From NCBI GenBank assembly GCA_903868455.1, contig CAIPVK010000189.1:1-38740 (forward strand): 38,740 nt of DNA, given 5' to 3'. This document shows positions 14,841 through 24,408 of the stretch, piece by piece (the first letter of the stretch is position 1; the number at the start of each line of letters is the position of its first letter). Made by a program: the position numbers and the translations under genes. The notes below the pieces were generated by a model, which did no database searches, was not told the origin of the DNA, and saw nothing but the letters and a program-made list of their open reading frames with translations. The stretch comes from an uncultured Opitutia bacterium (GTDB lineage: Bacteria > Verrucomicrobiota > Verrucomicrobiia > Opitutales > UBA953).

Positions 14841-16208
14841 TCAGCGCCTCCTCTGTCCCTTCGGCGGACTGGCCTTCGGATCGTAGGCGGGGTTGGGTTG
14901 GTCGGCGAGGAAGGCGCCGGTCGCGCGCTGCCAAGCCGTCAGCTTGGCCTTCATCTCCTCCAGGCGGCGCGGCTCGGCGGCGGCGAGATTGCGGCTCTCG
15001 GAGGGATCCTCGCGGAGGTTGTAGAGCTCGTAGGTCGGCCCCGCGAACTTGTGGATGAGCTTGAAGTCGCCGTCGCGCATCAGGCTCATCGGCTCGCCCT
15101 TGCCGATATAGCACGGGAAGTGCCAGAAGAGCGGCCGGGCCGCCAGCGAACCGCCCGAGCGGAGCGCGGGCAGGAGGCTGACGCCGTCCACCGGCTGGTC
15201 CTTGGGCAGGGCGACGCCGGCGGCCTCGAGCGCGGTCGGGAAAAGGTCCATGCCGAGCACCGGCGACTCCAGGGTCTTGCCGGCGGGGATGACGCCGGGC
15301 CAGCGCGCGGCGCCGGGCACGCGGATGCCGCCCTCGTAGAGGAGGCCCTTGCTGCCGCGCAGGGGCGCGACCACGGAGGGCATGCCGCCGTTGTCGCTCG
15401 TGAAGAGGACGAGCGTGTCGCGGTCCAGGCCGAGCGAGGCGAGCGCGGCCATGAGCCGGCCGAAGTTGGCATCCACCGCCTCGACGCTGGCGGCGTAGGC
15501 GGGATCCTGGGAGGCCGAGCCGGCCTGGGCGGCCTTGCGACGATACTTCTCGAGCAGCTCGGGCTTGGGGTCGAGGGGCTCGTGCACCGAGTGATCGGCG
15601 AAGTAGAGGAAGAAGGGCTTGCCCTTCTGCTTCCCGACCCAGGCGATGGCCTCGTCGGTGAGCGCGTCGCTCAGGTAGCGCCCCTTGGCGTCCTTGTAGG
15701 CGTCCTTGGCGAAACCGAGGTCCTCCGGCCGACGATAGAGGTCGAAACCCTGGCCGGTCGGGCTCCCCGAGGCGCCGGCGCGGCCCCGGCCGAGGTTCCA
15801 CATGCCGACGAGGGCGGTCGAGTAGCCCTGAGCCTTCAGCGCCTCGGCCAGGTTCGTCGTGCGGGTCGGCAGCTCGTCGGACCCGCGGGTCGACATCACG
15901 CGCATGTGCGCCTGGCCCGGGGCGTAGCGCTCGTCGACGACCGTGTAGACGCCGTGGCGGGGCGTGTATTGGCCGGTGAGGAGGCAGGCCCGGCTCGGCG
16001 CGCAGTTGGGGGCGCTGGCGTAGCACTGCGCGAAACGGACGCCTTCCTGGGCGAAGCGGTCGAGGTGGGGGGTCTCGACGAAGCGGTTGCCGGCGAACCC
16101 GGTGTCGCGCCAGCCCATGTCATCCATCAGCACGACCACGATGTTGGGCCGCTGGGCGGCGGCGAGCGACGACGCCAGGCAGGCCAGCAGGAGGGCGAGG
16201 CGGCTCAT
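14841..16208 (-). CDS. Cys-type sulfatase (arylsulfatase A family)
   Basis: Signal peptide, then PNIVVVLMDDMGW and SAPNCAPSRACLLTG (C-x-P-x-R formylglycine motif). Confidence 0.9.
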   Translation of the reverse strand: MSRLALLLACLASSLAAAQRPNIVVVLMDDMGWRDTGFAGNRFVETPHLDRFAQEGVRFAQCYASAPNCAPSRACLLTGQYTPRHGVYTVVDERYAPGQAHMRVMSTRGSDELPTRTTNLAEALKAQGYSTALVGMWNLGRGRAGASGSPTGQGFDLYRRPEDLGFAKDAYKDAKGRYLSDALTDEAIAWVGKQKGKPFFLYFADHSVHEPLDPKPELLEKYRRKAAQAGSASQDPAYAASVEAVDANFGRLMAALASLGLDRDTLVLFTSDNGGMPSVVAPLRGSKGLLYEGGIRVPGAARWPGVIPAGKTLESPVLGMDLFPTALEAAGVALPKDQPVDGVSLLPALRSGGSLAARPLFWHFPCYIGKGEPMSLMRDGDFKLIHKFAGPTYELYNLREDPSESRNLAAAEPRRLEEMKAKLTAWQRATGAFLADQPNPAYDPKASPPKGQRRR

Positions 16209-17821
16209 CGGGGCTTCACCACGTAGCTGTGGGCGACGGCGCCGTGGCGGCGGTCGACGGACTCATCCTTGGGGAGGAAGGTCCGCACATACTCGACCTT
16301 CACCTCGGCGGGGGAGACCGAGACGCGGACGTAGCCCGAGTTCGGGAGGACGGGGCCGCCGGCGTAGCGGTCGGCGTTGAGGGCCTCGTAGGTGCTGTCC
16401 GAGGGCATCGGCAGCTCCTGGTAGACGACGCCGTCCTTCTCCTGGCGGCAGTAGAGGTGGTCGTGGCCCTGGAAGAAGACGCTGACCTTGTGCTTGGCCA
16501 TCAGCTGGTGGACGGGCAGTTCCCAGCCGGGGCGCTTCTGGGCGAACGTGCCGCCCTTGCCCTTGCCGCCCCACTCGTAGAGCTCGGCCTCCTCGACCCC
16601 GCCGCGGCCGGTGCCGAGGACGTGGTGGGCGAAGACGAACTTATGGCGGGCCTTGCTCTGCTCGAGGGTCCGCTTGAGCCAGGCGTACTGGGCGTCGCCG
16701 AGGGTGATGCCCCACCAATCGCGATCGCGGCCCTTGCCGCCGCCGCGGGTGTCCTCGCCCTTGAACCCGCTGTCCACGAGGGCGGGCGAGTGCCAGTAGT
16801 TGTCGAGGATGACGAACAGGGCGTCGCCCCAGGTCCAGGCGCAGTAGCTGCGCAGCTCGCCGATGTCCTTCCAGGGCGTCGGGTCGCCGCTGTGGAAGGC
16901 GCCGGCCTTCGGCGTGGGGTAGAACCGGTTGCGGGCCACCTGGGCGCCCACGGCCACGGCGCGGCGGTCGTCGGTCTGGCTGTAGTTGTAGAGCGAGGCC
17001 TGCTCGTGGTTGCCGTTGAGGAGGAAGAGGGGGGCGGTCTGGCCGACGATGCCGAGGAAGGGGCGCTGGAGGACGTAGGGGGCGGCGAGGGACTCCGGGC
17101 TGATCGTGCGGACCTGCTCCACGCTGAAGTCGTCGCCCATGCAGATATGGAAGTCGGGCCGGGAGGCGGCCGCGTGGGCGAGGGTCCGGGCGTAGAGCTC
17201 CGGATTCGAGACCTTGCCCATGCGCTCGGGGTGCGAGTCGCCCTGGATCGTGAACGTGAAGGCGCTGCCCGGGGCCCGCTGGGTCGAGAACCCCTGCTCG
17301 GGGCGGGCGGCGAAGGCGGGGGCGCCGGCCTTGCGATGGTGGAGGCGATAATGGACGCGGCTGTCGGGACGAAGGCCGTCCACCTCCACCTCGACGGGCT
17401 GGCCCGCGGGAAGGGCGGTCACGGCGGTCTTGCGGTCATACTTGCCCGGCGCGGCGCCGATCTCGAGGTAGGCCTCCGAGGCGGTGGGCGCGAGCAGGCT
17501 GAAGGTGGCCGAGTTGGCCGTCACCCGGCCCAGCACGACCGAGAGCGCGTTCTGGTCGGCGTGCTCGGCGGGAACCACGAAGGCTCCCTTGCCCTCGCCT
17601 CGGCCGCCGCCGGCGCCGCCGCGTTTCCCTCCCTTGCCCTCCTTGCCGCCCTTGGCGGGAGCCGCGGGGGTCGCGGGCTCGGCGGCGCGGGCGCCGGCCG
17701 CCATGGCCCCGAGGAGACCGAGGGCGCCCAGGAACCAGCGCCGGCCATGTTGGGGCAAGGCGGGGATGAAGAAGGGATTGGGGCGTTCGGAAGGGGGCTG
17801 GCCCTGGTCGCGCGGTTCCAT
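16205..17821 (-). CDS. Tat-exported metallophosphoesterase (purple-acid-phosphatase/PhoD-like)
   Basis: Twin-arginine motif GRRWFLGALGLLGAMAAGARA. Metallophosphoesterase motifs GDSH, GDDF, NGNHE, GHDH. ATGA overlap with the sulfatase gene. Confidence 0.8.
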   Translation of the reverse strand: MEPRDQGQPPSERPNPFFIPALPQHGRRWFLGALGLLGAMAAGARAAEPATPAAPAKGGKEGKGGKRGGAGGGRGEGKGAFVVPAEHADQNALSVVLGRVTANSATFSLLAPTASEAYLEIGAAPGKYDRKTAVTALPAGQPVEVEVDGLRPDSRVHYRLHHRKAGAPAFAARPEQGFSTQRAPGSAFTFTIQGDSHPERMGKVSNPELYARTLAHAAASRPDFHICMGDDFSVEQVRTISPESLAAPYVLQRPFLGIVGQTAPLFLLNGNHEQASLYNYSQTDDRRAVAVGAQVARNRFYPTPKAGAFHSGDPTPWKDIGELRSYCAWTWGDALFVILDNYWHSPALVDSGFKGEDTRGGGKGRDRDWWGITLGDAQYAWLKRTLEQSKARHKFVFAHHVLGTGRGGVEEAELYEWGGKGKGGTFAQKRPGWELPVHQLMAKHKVSVFFQGHDHLYCRQEKDGVVYQELPMPSDSTYEALNADRYAGGPVLPNSGYVRVSVSPAEVKVEYVRTFLPKDESVDRRHGAVAHSYVVKPR

Positions 17822-17944
17822 GCGATTTGAACCCCCGGAAGGAGGGAAAGTTGGGGGTGTTGGGGGCAGATATCAGACGGCAGACGCTAGAGGCCAGAGG
17901 GGTACCTAATGGCTCATCTATACTTAAAATCTGATATCTGAAAT

Positions 17945-18304
17945 CTATCCCAGGTAGGGCTGGTTCGCCGAGCCGGCCGTCTTGCTAGAAAAGCTGGCAA
18001 AAGCTGGGAACGGCTGGAAAGAGCTGGAGACTAGGATACGGTGGATGACGAGGAGCCGGAGGACTATCTACCGGGGCCGAAGGCCCCTCCGCTAGCCCGC
18101 TGATACCGCTTGTACCGCTGATCAAGCCGCTGCCACCGCTGTTACCGCCAAAACCGCTGAGGGCGATGTCAGAGGCCGGTTAGGAAAAGGCGGTCGGCTC
18201 GGCGAGCCGCCCCTACCAATCCCCTAGCCCCCTATTCCCCTAGCCCCCTAGTCCCCTATTCCCCTAGTCCCCAATTCCCCTAGTCCCCAATTCCCCTATC
18301 CCCT
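17945..18304. repeat. intergenic mosaic repeat array R3
   Basis: REP half-site 17953-17980, AGCTGGCAAAAGCTGGGAA words, GAGGAG words, hairpin GGGGCC-GAA-GGCCCC, CCGCT words, inverted REP half-site 18189-18217, then 11 consecutive CCCC-N3-4 words (18221-18304) running into the glgP stop. Confidence 0.9.
18221..18304 (-). other. G-quadruplex-type tract: eleven G4-5 runs on the minus (glgP sense) strand, overlapping the glgP stop
   Basis: Plus strand reads CCCCTAGCCCCCTATTCCCCTAGCCCCCTAGTCCCCTATTCCCCTAGTCCCCAATTCCCCTAGTCCCCAATTCCCCTATCCCC. Confidence 0.6.
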
Positions 18305-20863
18305 CACCGGCTTAACATCCCAAATCTCCCTCGCATACTCCGCGATCGTCCGGTCGGAGGAGAACTTGCCCATCCGGGCGGTGTTGAGGATGGCCATGCG
18401 GGCCCAGCGACGGCGGTCGCGGAAGGCCGCGGCGGCGCGATCCTGGGCCTCGATGTAGGCGCGGAAGTCGGCCAGCACGAGATAGGGGTCGCCGCCGTCG
18501 AGCAGGCCGTGGACCACGGGGGCGAGCAGCCCAGGCTGGCCGGGCGTGAAGGCGTCCGAGGCCAGCCAATCGAGGACGGCCTTGAGCTCGGGGTCGGCCT
18601 CGGCCGTCGCGCGCGGGTCGTAGCCGCGGGAGCGGAGCTCGGCGACCTCCTCGACCGTCAGGCCGAAGATGAAGATGTTGTCGTCGCCGACCTCCTCGAG
18701 GATCTCGACGTTGGCGCCGTCGAGCGTGCCGATGGTCAGGGCGCCGTTGAGGGCGAGCTTCATGTTGCCCGTGCCGGAGGCCTCCTTGCCGGCGGTGGAG
18801 ATCTGCTCGGAGAGGTCGGCCGCCGGGATGATGCGCTCTGCGAGCGTCACGCGGTAGTCGGGGAGGTAGACGACCTTGAGGCGGCCGCGCACGCGGGGGT
18901 CGGCGTTGATGACGGCGCCCACGCGGTTGATGGCGTGGATGATGTGCTTGGCCATCGCGTAGCCGGGCGCGGCCTTGGCGCCGAAGACGAAGGTGCGGGG
19001 GGTGACGTCGGCCGAGGGGTCGTTGAGGATCCGGCGGTAGAGCGCGAGGATATGCAGGAGGTTGAGGTGCTGGCGCTTGTACTCGTGCAGGCGCTTGATC
19101 TGGACGTCGAAGAGCGAGTCGGGGTCGACCTCGGTGCCGACCAGCTCGCGGATGACCTCGGCGAGGCGCAGCTTGTTGTCGCGTTTCACCGCGAGGAAGC
19201 GGTCCTGGAAGCGGCGGTCGTCCGCCACCGCCTCGAGCGCGCGCAGGCGCGAGAGGTCGGTGTCCCAGCCCGGGCCGGCGACCTCGTCGCAGAGGGCCGA
19301 GAGCCCGGGGTTGCAGGCGCGCAGCCAGCGGCGGGGCGTGATGCCGTTGGTCATGTTGACGATCTTGCCCGGGCTGAGCTCGTCGAACCCGCGCAGGAGG
19401 TTGGCCTTGAGCAGGCGGGTGTGGAGGGCGGCGACGCCGTTGACCTTGGAGGAGCCGACGATGGCGAGGTGGGCCATGCGGACGTGGCGGTGCGGGCCCT
19501 CGCCGATGAGGGAGAGCTCGGCCTTGCGGGCGCCGTCGCCCGGCCAGCGCGCCTCGACCTCCTCGAGGAAGCGGCGGTTGATCTCGTAGATGATCTGGAG
19601 GTGGCGGGGGACGACGCGGTTCAGGAGGTCGACGCCCCAGGTCTCGAGCGCCTCGGGCAGGAGGGTGTGGTTGGTGTAGTTGAAGATGCGCGTGACCTGC
19701 GACCACGCGTCGTCCCACGGGAGGCGATGGACGTCCACCAGCAGGCGCATCAGCTCCGCGACGGCGATGGCGGGGTGGGTGTCGTTGAGCTGCACCACGG
19801 CCTTGTCGGCCAGGTTGGCCCAGCCGGGGTTGCGCCGGCGGTGGCGGCGGAGGATGTCCTGCAGCGAGCAGGAGACGAAGAAGATCTGCTGGACGAGGCG
19901 CAGCTCCTTGCCCGCGGCCTTGCTGTCGTTGGGGTAGAGGACCTTGGAGACGGTCTCGCCCTCGATGCGCGAGCGCACGGCGTCGACGTAGTCGCCCTGG
20001 TCGAAGGCGCGGAAGTCGAACTCGGTGGTGGCCTTGGACTCCCAGAGGCGGAGGAAGTTGACGGTCGAGCCGCCCGCGCCGACCACGGGGATGTCCCACG
20101 GGATGCCGAGCAGGTCCTGGGTGTCGACGAGGTGGGGGGCGTAGTTGCCGCGGTCGTCGATGGCGTCGACCACCCTGCCGTAGAGCGGGACGCGGGCCTG
20201 GTACTCGGGGCGGCGGATCTTCCAGGGCGTGCCGCGCGCGAGCCAGTTGTCGGCCTCCTCGACCTGGCGGCCGTCGACGAAGGTCTGCCGGAAGAGGCCG
20301 AACTCGTAGTGGATGCCGTAGCCGATGGCCGGGAGGTCCATCGTGGCCAGCGAGTCGAGGAAGCAGGCGGCGAGGCGGCCGAGGCCGCCGTTGCCGAGGC
20401 CCATGTCGTTCTCCTCCTCGCAGACGTCGTCGAGGTCCTTGCCGAGCTCGGAGAGGGCGGTGCGGGCGGACTCCAGCATGCCGAGGTTGCTCAGGTTGTT
20501 CCGCAGCAGGCGGCCCATGAGATACTCGAGCGAGAGGTAGTGGACGCGGCGGACGTTGCCCGAGGCGTGGCGACCCTGCGTCTTGAGGAAGCGCTCCAGC
20601 ACCCGGTCGCGCAGCGCGAAGCAGGTCGCGAGCCACCAGTCCATCCGGATGGCCGTGGTGGTGTCGCGCGCCAGGGTGTAGGTCAGGTGGCGGAGGATGT
20701 CGGCCTTGAACGAGGCGGGGTCGCAGTTGTGGCAGTCGACGGCGAAGTCCGTCCCAGCGGGCAGCTTCACGGCCTTGGCGGCCTTCGCCCCGCTCCGTGC
20801 GGCCTTGGCCACGGGCTTGGCGGCTTTCTTGGACGCGAGGGACTTCTTGACGGTCTTGGCCAT
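18296..20863 (-). CDS. glgP: glycogen/maltodextrin phosphorylase with a Lys/Ala-rich N-terminal extension
   Basis: [35 protein letters not shown] and the PLP-lysine region [28 protein letters not shown]. The stop TAG (18298-18296) lies inside a CCCCTAT repeat word. Confidence 0.95.
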   Translation of the reverse strand: MAKTVKKSLASKKAAKPVAKAARSGAKAAKAVKLPAGTDFAVDCHNCDPASFKADILRHLTYTLARDTTTAIRMDWWLATCFALRDRVLERFLKTQGRHASGNVRRVHYLSLEYLMGRLLRNNLSNLGMLESARTALSELGKDLDDVCEEENDMGLGNGGLGRLAACFLDSLATMDLPAIGYGIHYEFGLFRQTFVDGRQVEEADNWLARGTPWKIRRPEYQARVPLYGRVVDAIDDRGNYAPHLVDTQDLLGIPWDIPVVGAGGSTVNFLRLWESKATTEFDFRAFDQGDYVDAVRSRIEGETVSKVLYPNDSKAAGKELRLVQQIFFVSCSLQDILRRHRRRNPGWANLADKAVVQLNDTHPAIAVAELMRLLVDVHRLPWDDAWSQVTRIFNYTNHTLLPEALETWGVDLLNRVVPRHLQIIYEINRRFLEEVEARWPGDGARKAELSLIGEGPHRHVRMAHLAIVGSSKVNGVAALHTRLLKANLLRGFDELSPGKIVNMTNGITPRRWLRACNPGLSALCDEVAGPGWDTDLSRLRALEAVADDRRFQDRFLAVKRDNKLRLAEVIRELVGTEVDPDSLFDVQIKRLHEYKRQHLNLLHILALYRRILNDPSADVTPRTFVFGAKAAPGYAMAKHIIHAINRVGAVINADPRVRGRLKVVYLPDYRVTLAERIIPAADLSEQISTAGKEASGTGNMKLALNGALTIGTLDGANVEILEEVGDDNIFIFGLTVEEVAELRSRGYDPRATAEADPELKAVLDWLASDAFTPGQPGLLAPVVHGLLDGGDPYLVLADFRAYIEAQDRAAAAFRDRRRWARMAILNTARMGKFSSDRTIAEYAREIWDVKPVRG

Positions 20864-20929
20864 GGTCGGATGCCGTCATTTTGCCCGCCACGCGAAGCCT
20901 CAGGCGAGGAAAAAGGGGTGGTTGGAACG

Positions 20930-21281
20930 AAGAGCGAAAAACGAAGAACGAAGAGGCTGAAGGGGACTAGGGGGATGGGGGAATAGGGGATGGGATTGGG
21001 AGAATTAAAAATTAAGAATTAAGAATTAAAGAGGGTGGGTCAGGGGCTGACGAAAGGTCGGCACCCTGTGCGATTTTCGACTCTTCGCACTTCGTCACCC
21101 CTCCCCCTCCTCCCCCTCCTCCCCATCCTCCGCCTCCTCCCCTTCCTCCGCCTCCTCGTCATCGTCGTCTTCCTCGTCCTCCTCGTCATCCCCCATCCCG
21201 CTATCCCCCTAGTCCCCCATTCCCCTATCCCCCTTCATCTTTTCATCCCTTCATCCCTGCATCTCTTCATCCCTTCCTCTC
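20930..21281. repeat. intergenic mosaic repeat array R4
   Basis: GAACGAAGA words, GGGG words (20962-21000), AT-rich AATTAAG x3 (21001-21031), two small hairpins, then CCTCC/CGTC words, CCCC words and CTTCATCCC words up to the Aas-like stop. Confidence 0.85.
21001..21031. promoter_or_regulatory. AT-rich island (AGAATTAAAAATTAAGAATTAAGAATTAAAG) in the glgP upstream spacer
   Basis: The only stretch of about 30 nt with >85% A+T that I noticed in the window. It lies 140-170 nt upstream of the glgP start on the minus strand. Candidate promoter/UP or bending element. Confidence 0.3.
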
Positions 21282-23594
21282 CTACACCCTTGCCATCTCC
21301 CTGATCGCCCTCAGATCCAGCTTCCCCGTCCCGAGCACCGGAATCGCCGGCACCCGGACGAAGGTCTTCGGGATCCAGAGGTTCGGAAGGCCCGCGGCGA
21401 CCAAGCCCTCGCGGATGCGCTCGGGGTCGAGGTCGACGGCGTGGAGCACGACCAGTTGCTCGCCCTTGGCGTCGTCCGGCCGTCCCGCGACCGCCAAGGG
21501 AATCGTGCCCTCGGCGGCCGCCGGGATGAGGCGAAGCAGAGCCTCCTCGACCGTGCCATGGGGGACCATCTCGCCGCCGACCTTGGAGAAGCGGCTGAGG
21601 CGCCCCTCGAGGTGCAGGAAGCCGTCGTCATCCAGGCGCCCGAGGTCGCCCGTCACATACCAGCCGTCGCGATGCGCCTCGGCCGTGCGGACGGGATCGT
21701 CGAGGTAACCGCCGAAGAGGTTGGCGCCCCGGACGAGGAGCAAGCCGGTCGAGCCCGCGGGCACCTCGGCGCCCGTCTCGGGATCGACGAAGCGGACGGC
21801 CACGCCGTTGACGGGGCGGCCCACGGAGCCCGGACGGTTGCCGCGCCACGCGCCGCCGGGGGCGCGCGGGTCGGCGAGGTCGGGCACGTTGACGGCGAGG
21901 ACGGGGCTCGCCTCGGTCGTGCCGTAGCCCTCGAGCAGGGGCGTGGCCAGCGAGCGGTCCCAGGCCTCGACCAAGTCGGCCGGCACCTTCTCCGCCCCGG
22001 CCACCGCCCACTCGAGCGCGGCGAGGTCCTCCGCCTTCGCCTTGCGCAGCCAGGGCCGCAGGAAGGTGGGCGTGCCGACCGTGACCGTGGCGCCCTCCTC
22101 GCGGGCGGCGGCGACGTTCGCCGCGGTGTCGACGGGCGACGGCAGGGTGATGAGCGTGGTGTCGCGCGAGAGGGCGTACCAGACGCCGACCGTGAAGCCG
22201 AAGGAATGGAAGACGGGCAGGCTGCAGAGGAGGCGCGCGCGCCTCGGCACCGCGCCTGAGTCGTCGATCTGCGAGAGGTTCGCGAGCAGGTTGGCGTGGG
22301 TGAGCGGCACGCCCTTGGGCTCGCCCGAGCTGCCGCTCGTGAAGAGCAGGCCGGCCTCGCGGTCGCCGCCCTCGCGCGGCAGCCCGAGCACGAGCGGCAC
22401 AAGGTCGGAAGGCGTCAGGCGCACGAGCAGGACCAGCGCGGCGATCTTCCAGCGCGGGAGCGCCTTGAGCTCGTCCGCGACGTCAAGGACGGCGTCCGAC
22501 CAAGGGAAGTCGGCGAAGCGCTCGCCGACCTTCGCGCGGAAGGCCGAGGCCGTGAGCATCGTCCGCACCCCCGAGCGCCGCAGGCAGGACTCGGCGGCGG
22601 CCCGGCCGATGGTGAAGTTGAGGTTCACCGGCACCTTGCCGGCGAAGGCGCAGGCGAGGTTGGCGACCGCGGCGCCGATGCCCGCGGGGAGGACGACGCC
22701 GACGCGGGCCTCCGGCAGGCGACGCAGGCGACGCGCGAGCAACCAGGCGAGGGCCAGGGTGACCGCGCCCGAGAGCGCCCGGCGGCCGGCCGTGCGGTCC
22801 ACGATCACCTCGCGCCCGGCGCGGCGGGCGAGACCCTTGGCGACCTCGGCCGCGAGATGGCCGCGGAAGGAAGGCCGGCTCGCCACCAACTCGGAGCCGA
22901 CATCCAGGAGCCGCAGGCGGGCGGACGCCGCCTCGGCCGCCGGGAAGGGCTTGCCATAGGCCACGCCGACCTCGCGCCGCAGCCCGCGCGGCCACTTCCA
23001 GAAGAGCCGGCCCTCGCTGAGGCTCAGGATCGAGCCCCACTTGCCATCGACCCAGGCGGGCACCACCGGGCAGCCGGCGCGGCGGGCGATGACCTCGAAA
23101 CCGCCGCGCAGGTCCATCAGGGCGCCGGTGCGGGTGACGTGCCCCTCGGGGAAGATGCAGACGACCTCGCCCCGGCGCAGGGCCTCCACGGCCTTGGCGA
23201 GGGCGTCCTTGGCCTTGGTCTCGTCGACCGGGATGGTCCCCATCAGGCGCATCACCCGGCGCATCACCGGCACGCGCTCGAAACCCTCCCAGGACAGGAA
23301 GCGGACGGGACGGGGCGAGAAGGTGCCGATGAGGACGGGGTCGAGGTAGGAGACGTGGTTGCAGACGATCAGGACGCCGCCCGAGTCGGGAAGGTTGGAA
23401 ACCCCGCGCACCCGCACGCCGTAGAAGCAGCGGACGAAGATCAGGCAGAGGGTCTGCACCCCGCAGTAGAACCACCCCATCTCGGGATGGCGCCGCGCCA
23501 TCCGCCAGGCGTAGACCAGGAGAAAGGTCGCCGCGCCCACGGCCACGAACGCCGCGAGCAGGGCGAGCAGGAACAGGGCGGCGAAGACCGGCAT
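21282..23594 (-). CDS. bifunctional Aas-like protein: PlsC-type acyltransferase fused to an AMP-dependent acyl-ACP synthetase/ligase
   Basis: HX4D acyltransferase motif CNHVSYLDP near the N-terminus. AMP-binding motif LFTSGSSGEPKGV and GWYVTGDLG in the C-terminal half. The track start 23630 is TTG; the ATG at 23594 (MPVFAALFLLALL...) begins the TM helix and is preferred. Confidence 0.85.
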   Translation of the reverse strand: MPVFAALFLLALLAAFVAVGAATFLLVYAWRMARRHPEMGWFYCGVQTLCLIFVRCFYGVRVRGVSNLPDSGGVLIVCNHVSYLDPVLIGTFSPRPVRFLSWEGFERVPVMRRVMRLMGTIPVDETKAKDALAKAVEALRRGEVVCIFPEGHVTRTGALMDLRGGFEVIARRAGCPVVPAWVDGKWGSILSLSEGRLFWKWPRGLRREVGVAYGKPFPAAEAASARLRLLDVGSELVASRPSFRGHLAAEVAKGLARRAGREVIVDRTAGRRALSGAVTLALAWLLARRLRRLPEARVGVVLPAGIGAAVANLACAFAGKVPVNLNFTIGRAAAESCLRRSGVRTMLTASAFRAKVGERFADFPWSDAVLDVADELKALPRWKIAALVLLVRLTPSDLVPLVLGLPREGGDREAGLLFTSGSSGEPKGVPLTHANLLANLSQIDDSGAVPRRARLLCSLPVFHSFGFTVGVWYALSRDTTLITLPSPVDTAANVAAAREEGATVTVGTPTFLRPWLRKAKAEDLAALEWAVAGAEKVPADLVEAWDRSLATPLLEGYGTTEASPVLAVNVPDLADPRAPGGAWRGNRPGSVGRPVNGVAVRFVDPETGAEVPAGSTGLLLVRGANLFGGYLDDPVRTAEAHRDGWYVTGDLGRLDDDGFLHLEGRLSRFSKVGGEMVPHGTVEEALLRLIPAAAEGTIPLAVAGRPDDAKGEQLVVLHAVDLDPERIREGLVAAGLPNLWIPKTFVRVPAIPVLGTGKLDLRAIREMARV

Positions 23595-23676
23595 CGGCCC
23601 TACCCTTCCCCAGCCGCCCACCAAGGGCAACCCTTAGAAAACTCCCCTCCCTAATCGGGGTTTACCCGAAAACCCC

Positions 23677-24408
23677 ATGCGCGTCCTCCTGCTCCTTCCC
23701 CTCGCCGCCGGCCTCCTCGGCCAGACACCGCCTCCCGGCCGCGAGGGTGAGCGCCCCGCCCGCGGGGGCGAGGCCCGGGGCAAGGGCCGGGCGGGAGCCG
23801 GCGCCGGCCTCGTCAAGCCGACGATGGCCGACACCGTCCGGCTCAACGTCTACGCCGACAACTGGTTCATCCTCTACATCAACGGCAAGCTGGTCGCCAC
23901 GGACCCCATCGACTTCCTGCCGCACAACGTCGTCAGCGTCGACGTCCTGCCCGAGTATCCCATGACGATCGCCGTGATGGCCAAGGACAACGCCAACGCC
24001 GCCACCGGCATGGAATACGGCGACCATATCGGCGACGGCGGCTTCATCCTGAAGTTCGCCGACGGCACGGTCACCGACGCCAAGTGGAAGGCCCGCAGCT
24101 TCTCGCGCGGACCGATCGGCCGCGACACCGCCAACCCCAGGGTGGAGAACGACCCCATCCCCGCCAACTGGTTCGCGACGGACTTCGACGACCGCGACTG
24201 GCCGGCGGCGAGCGTCTTCACGGAACAGGCGGTCGGGCCCAAGGCGCCCTTCTACGAGGCCGACTTCAAGGGCGCGTCCTGGATCTGGTCCAAGGACCTC
24301 GGCCTCGACAACACCGTCATCTTCCGCGCCCGCGTCGAGAAACCCGGCTTCAAGCCGCGGTGGACGACCAAGCCCGAGATCGACATCCGCGGCGCGCCCC
24401 TGAGGTAA
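23677..24408 (+). CDS. secreted hypothetical protein (signal peptide, Gly/Arg-rich linker, beta-sandwich-like domain)
   Basis: MRVLLLLPLAAGLLG signal peptide. Low-complexity GREGERPARGGEARGKGRAGAGAG. NVYADNWFILYINGKLV is reminiscent of galactose-binding-like/CBM folds. No confident family. Confidence 0.65.
   Translation: MRVLLLLPLAAGLLGQTPPPGREGERPARGGEARGKGRAGAGAGLVKPTMADTVRLNVYADNWFILYINGKLVATDPIDFLPHNVVSVDVLPEYPMTIAVMAKDNANAATGMEYGDHIGDGGFILKFADGTVTDAKWKARSFSRGPIGRDTANPRVENDPIPANWFATDFDDRDWPAASVFTEQAVGPKAPFYEADFKGASWIWSKDLGLDNTVIFRARVEKPGFKPRWTTKPEIDIRGAPLR

Noticed and set aside
17866-17942. Inverted repeat GCAGATATCAGA / TCTGATATCTG flanking about 50 nt upstream of the phosphoesterase gene as a regulatory operator
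   Set aside because: The roughly 11-bp complementarity is real. However, I cannot link it to any regulator family or to other copies in the window, so there is too little evidence to call a feature.
18312-20891. 859-aa minus-strand ORF and 825-aa plus-strand ORF (18509..20986) overlapping glgP
   Set aside because: These are an alternative frame and the antisense strand of an unambiguous glycogen phosphorylase. The products are Arg/Pro/Gly polymers with no motifs.
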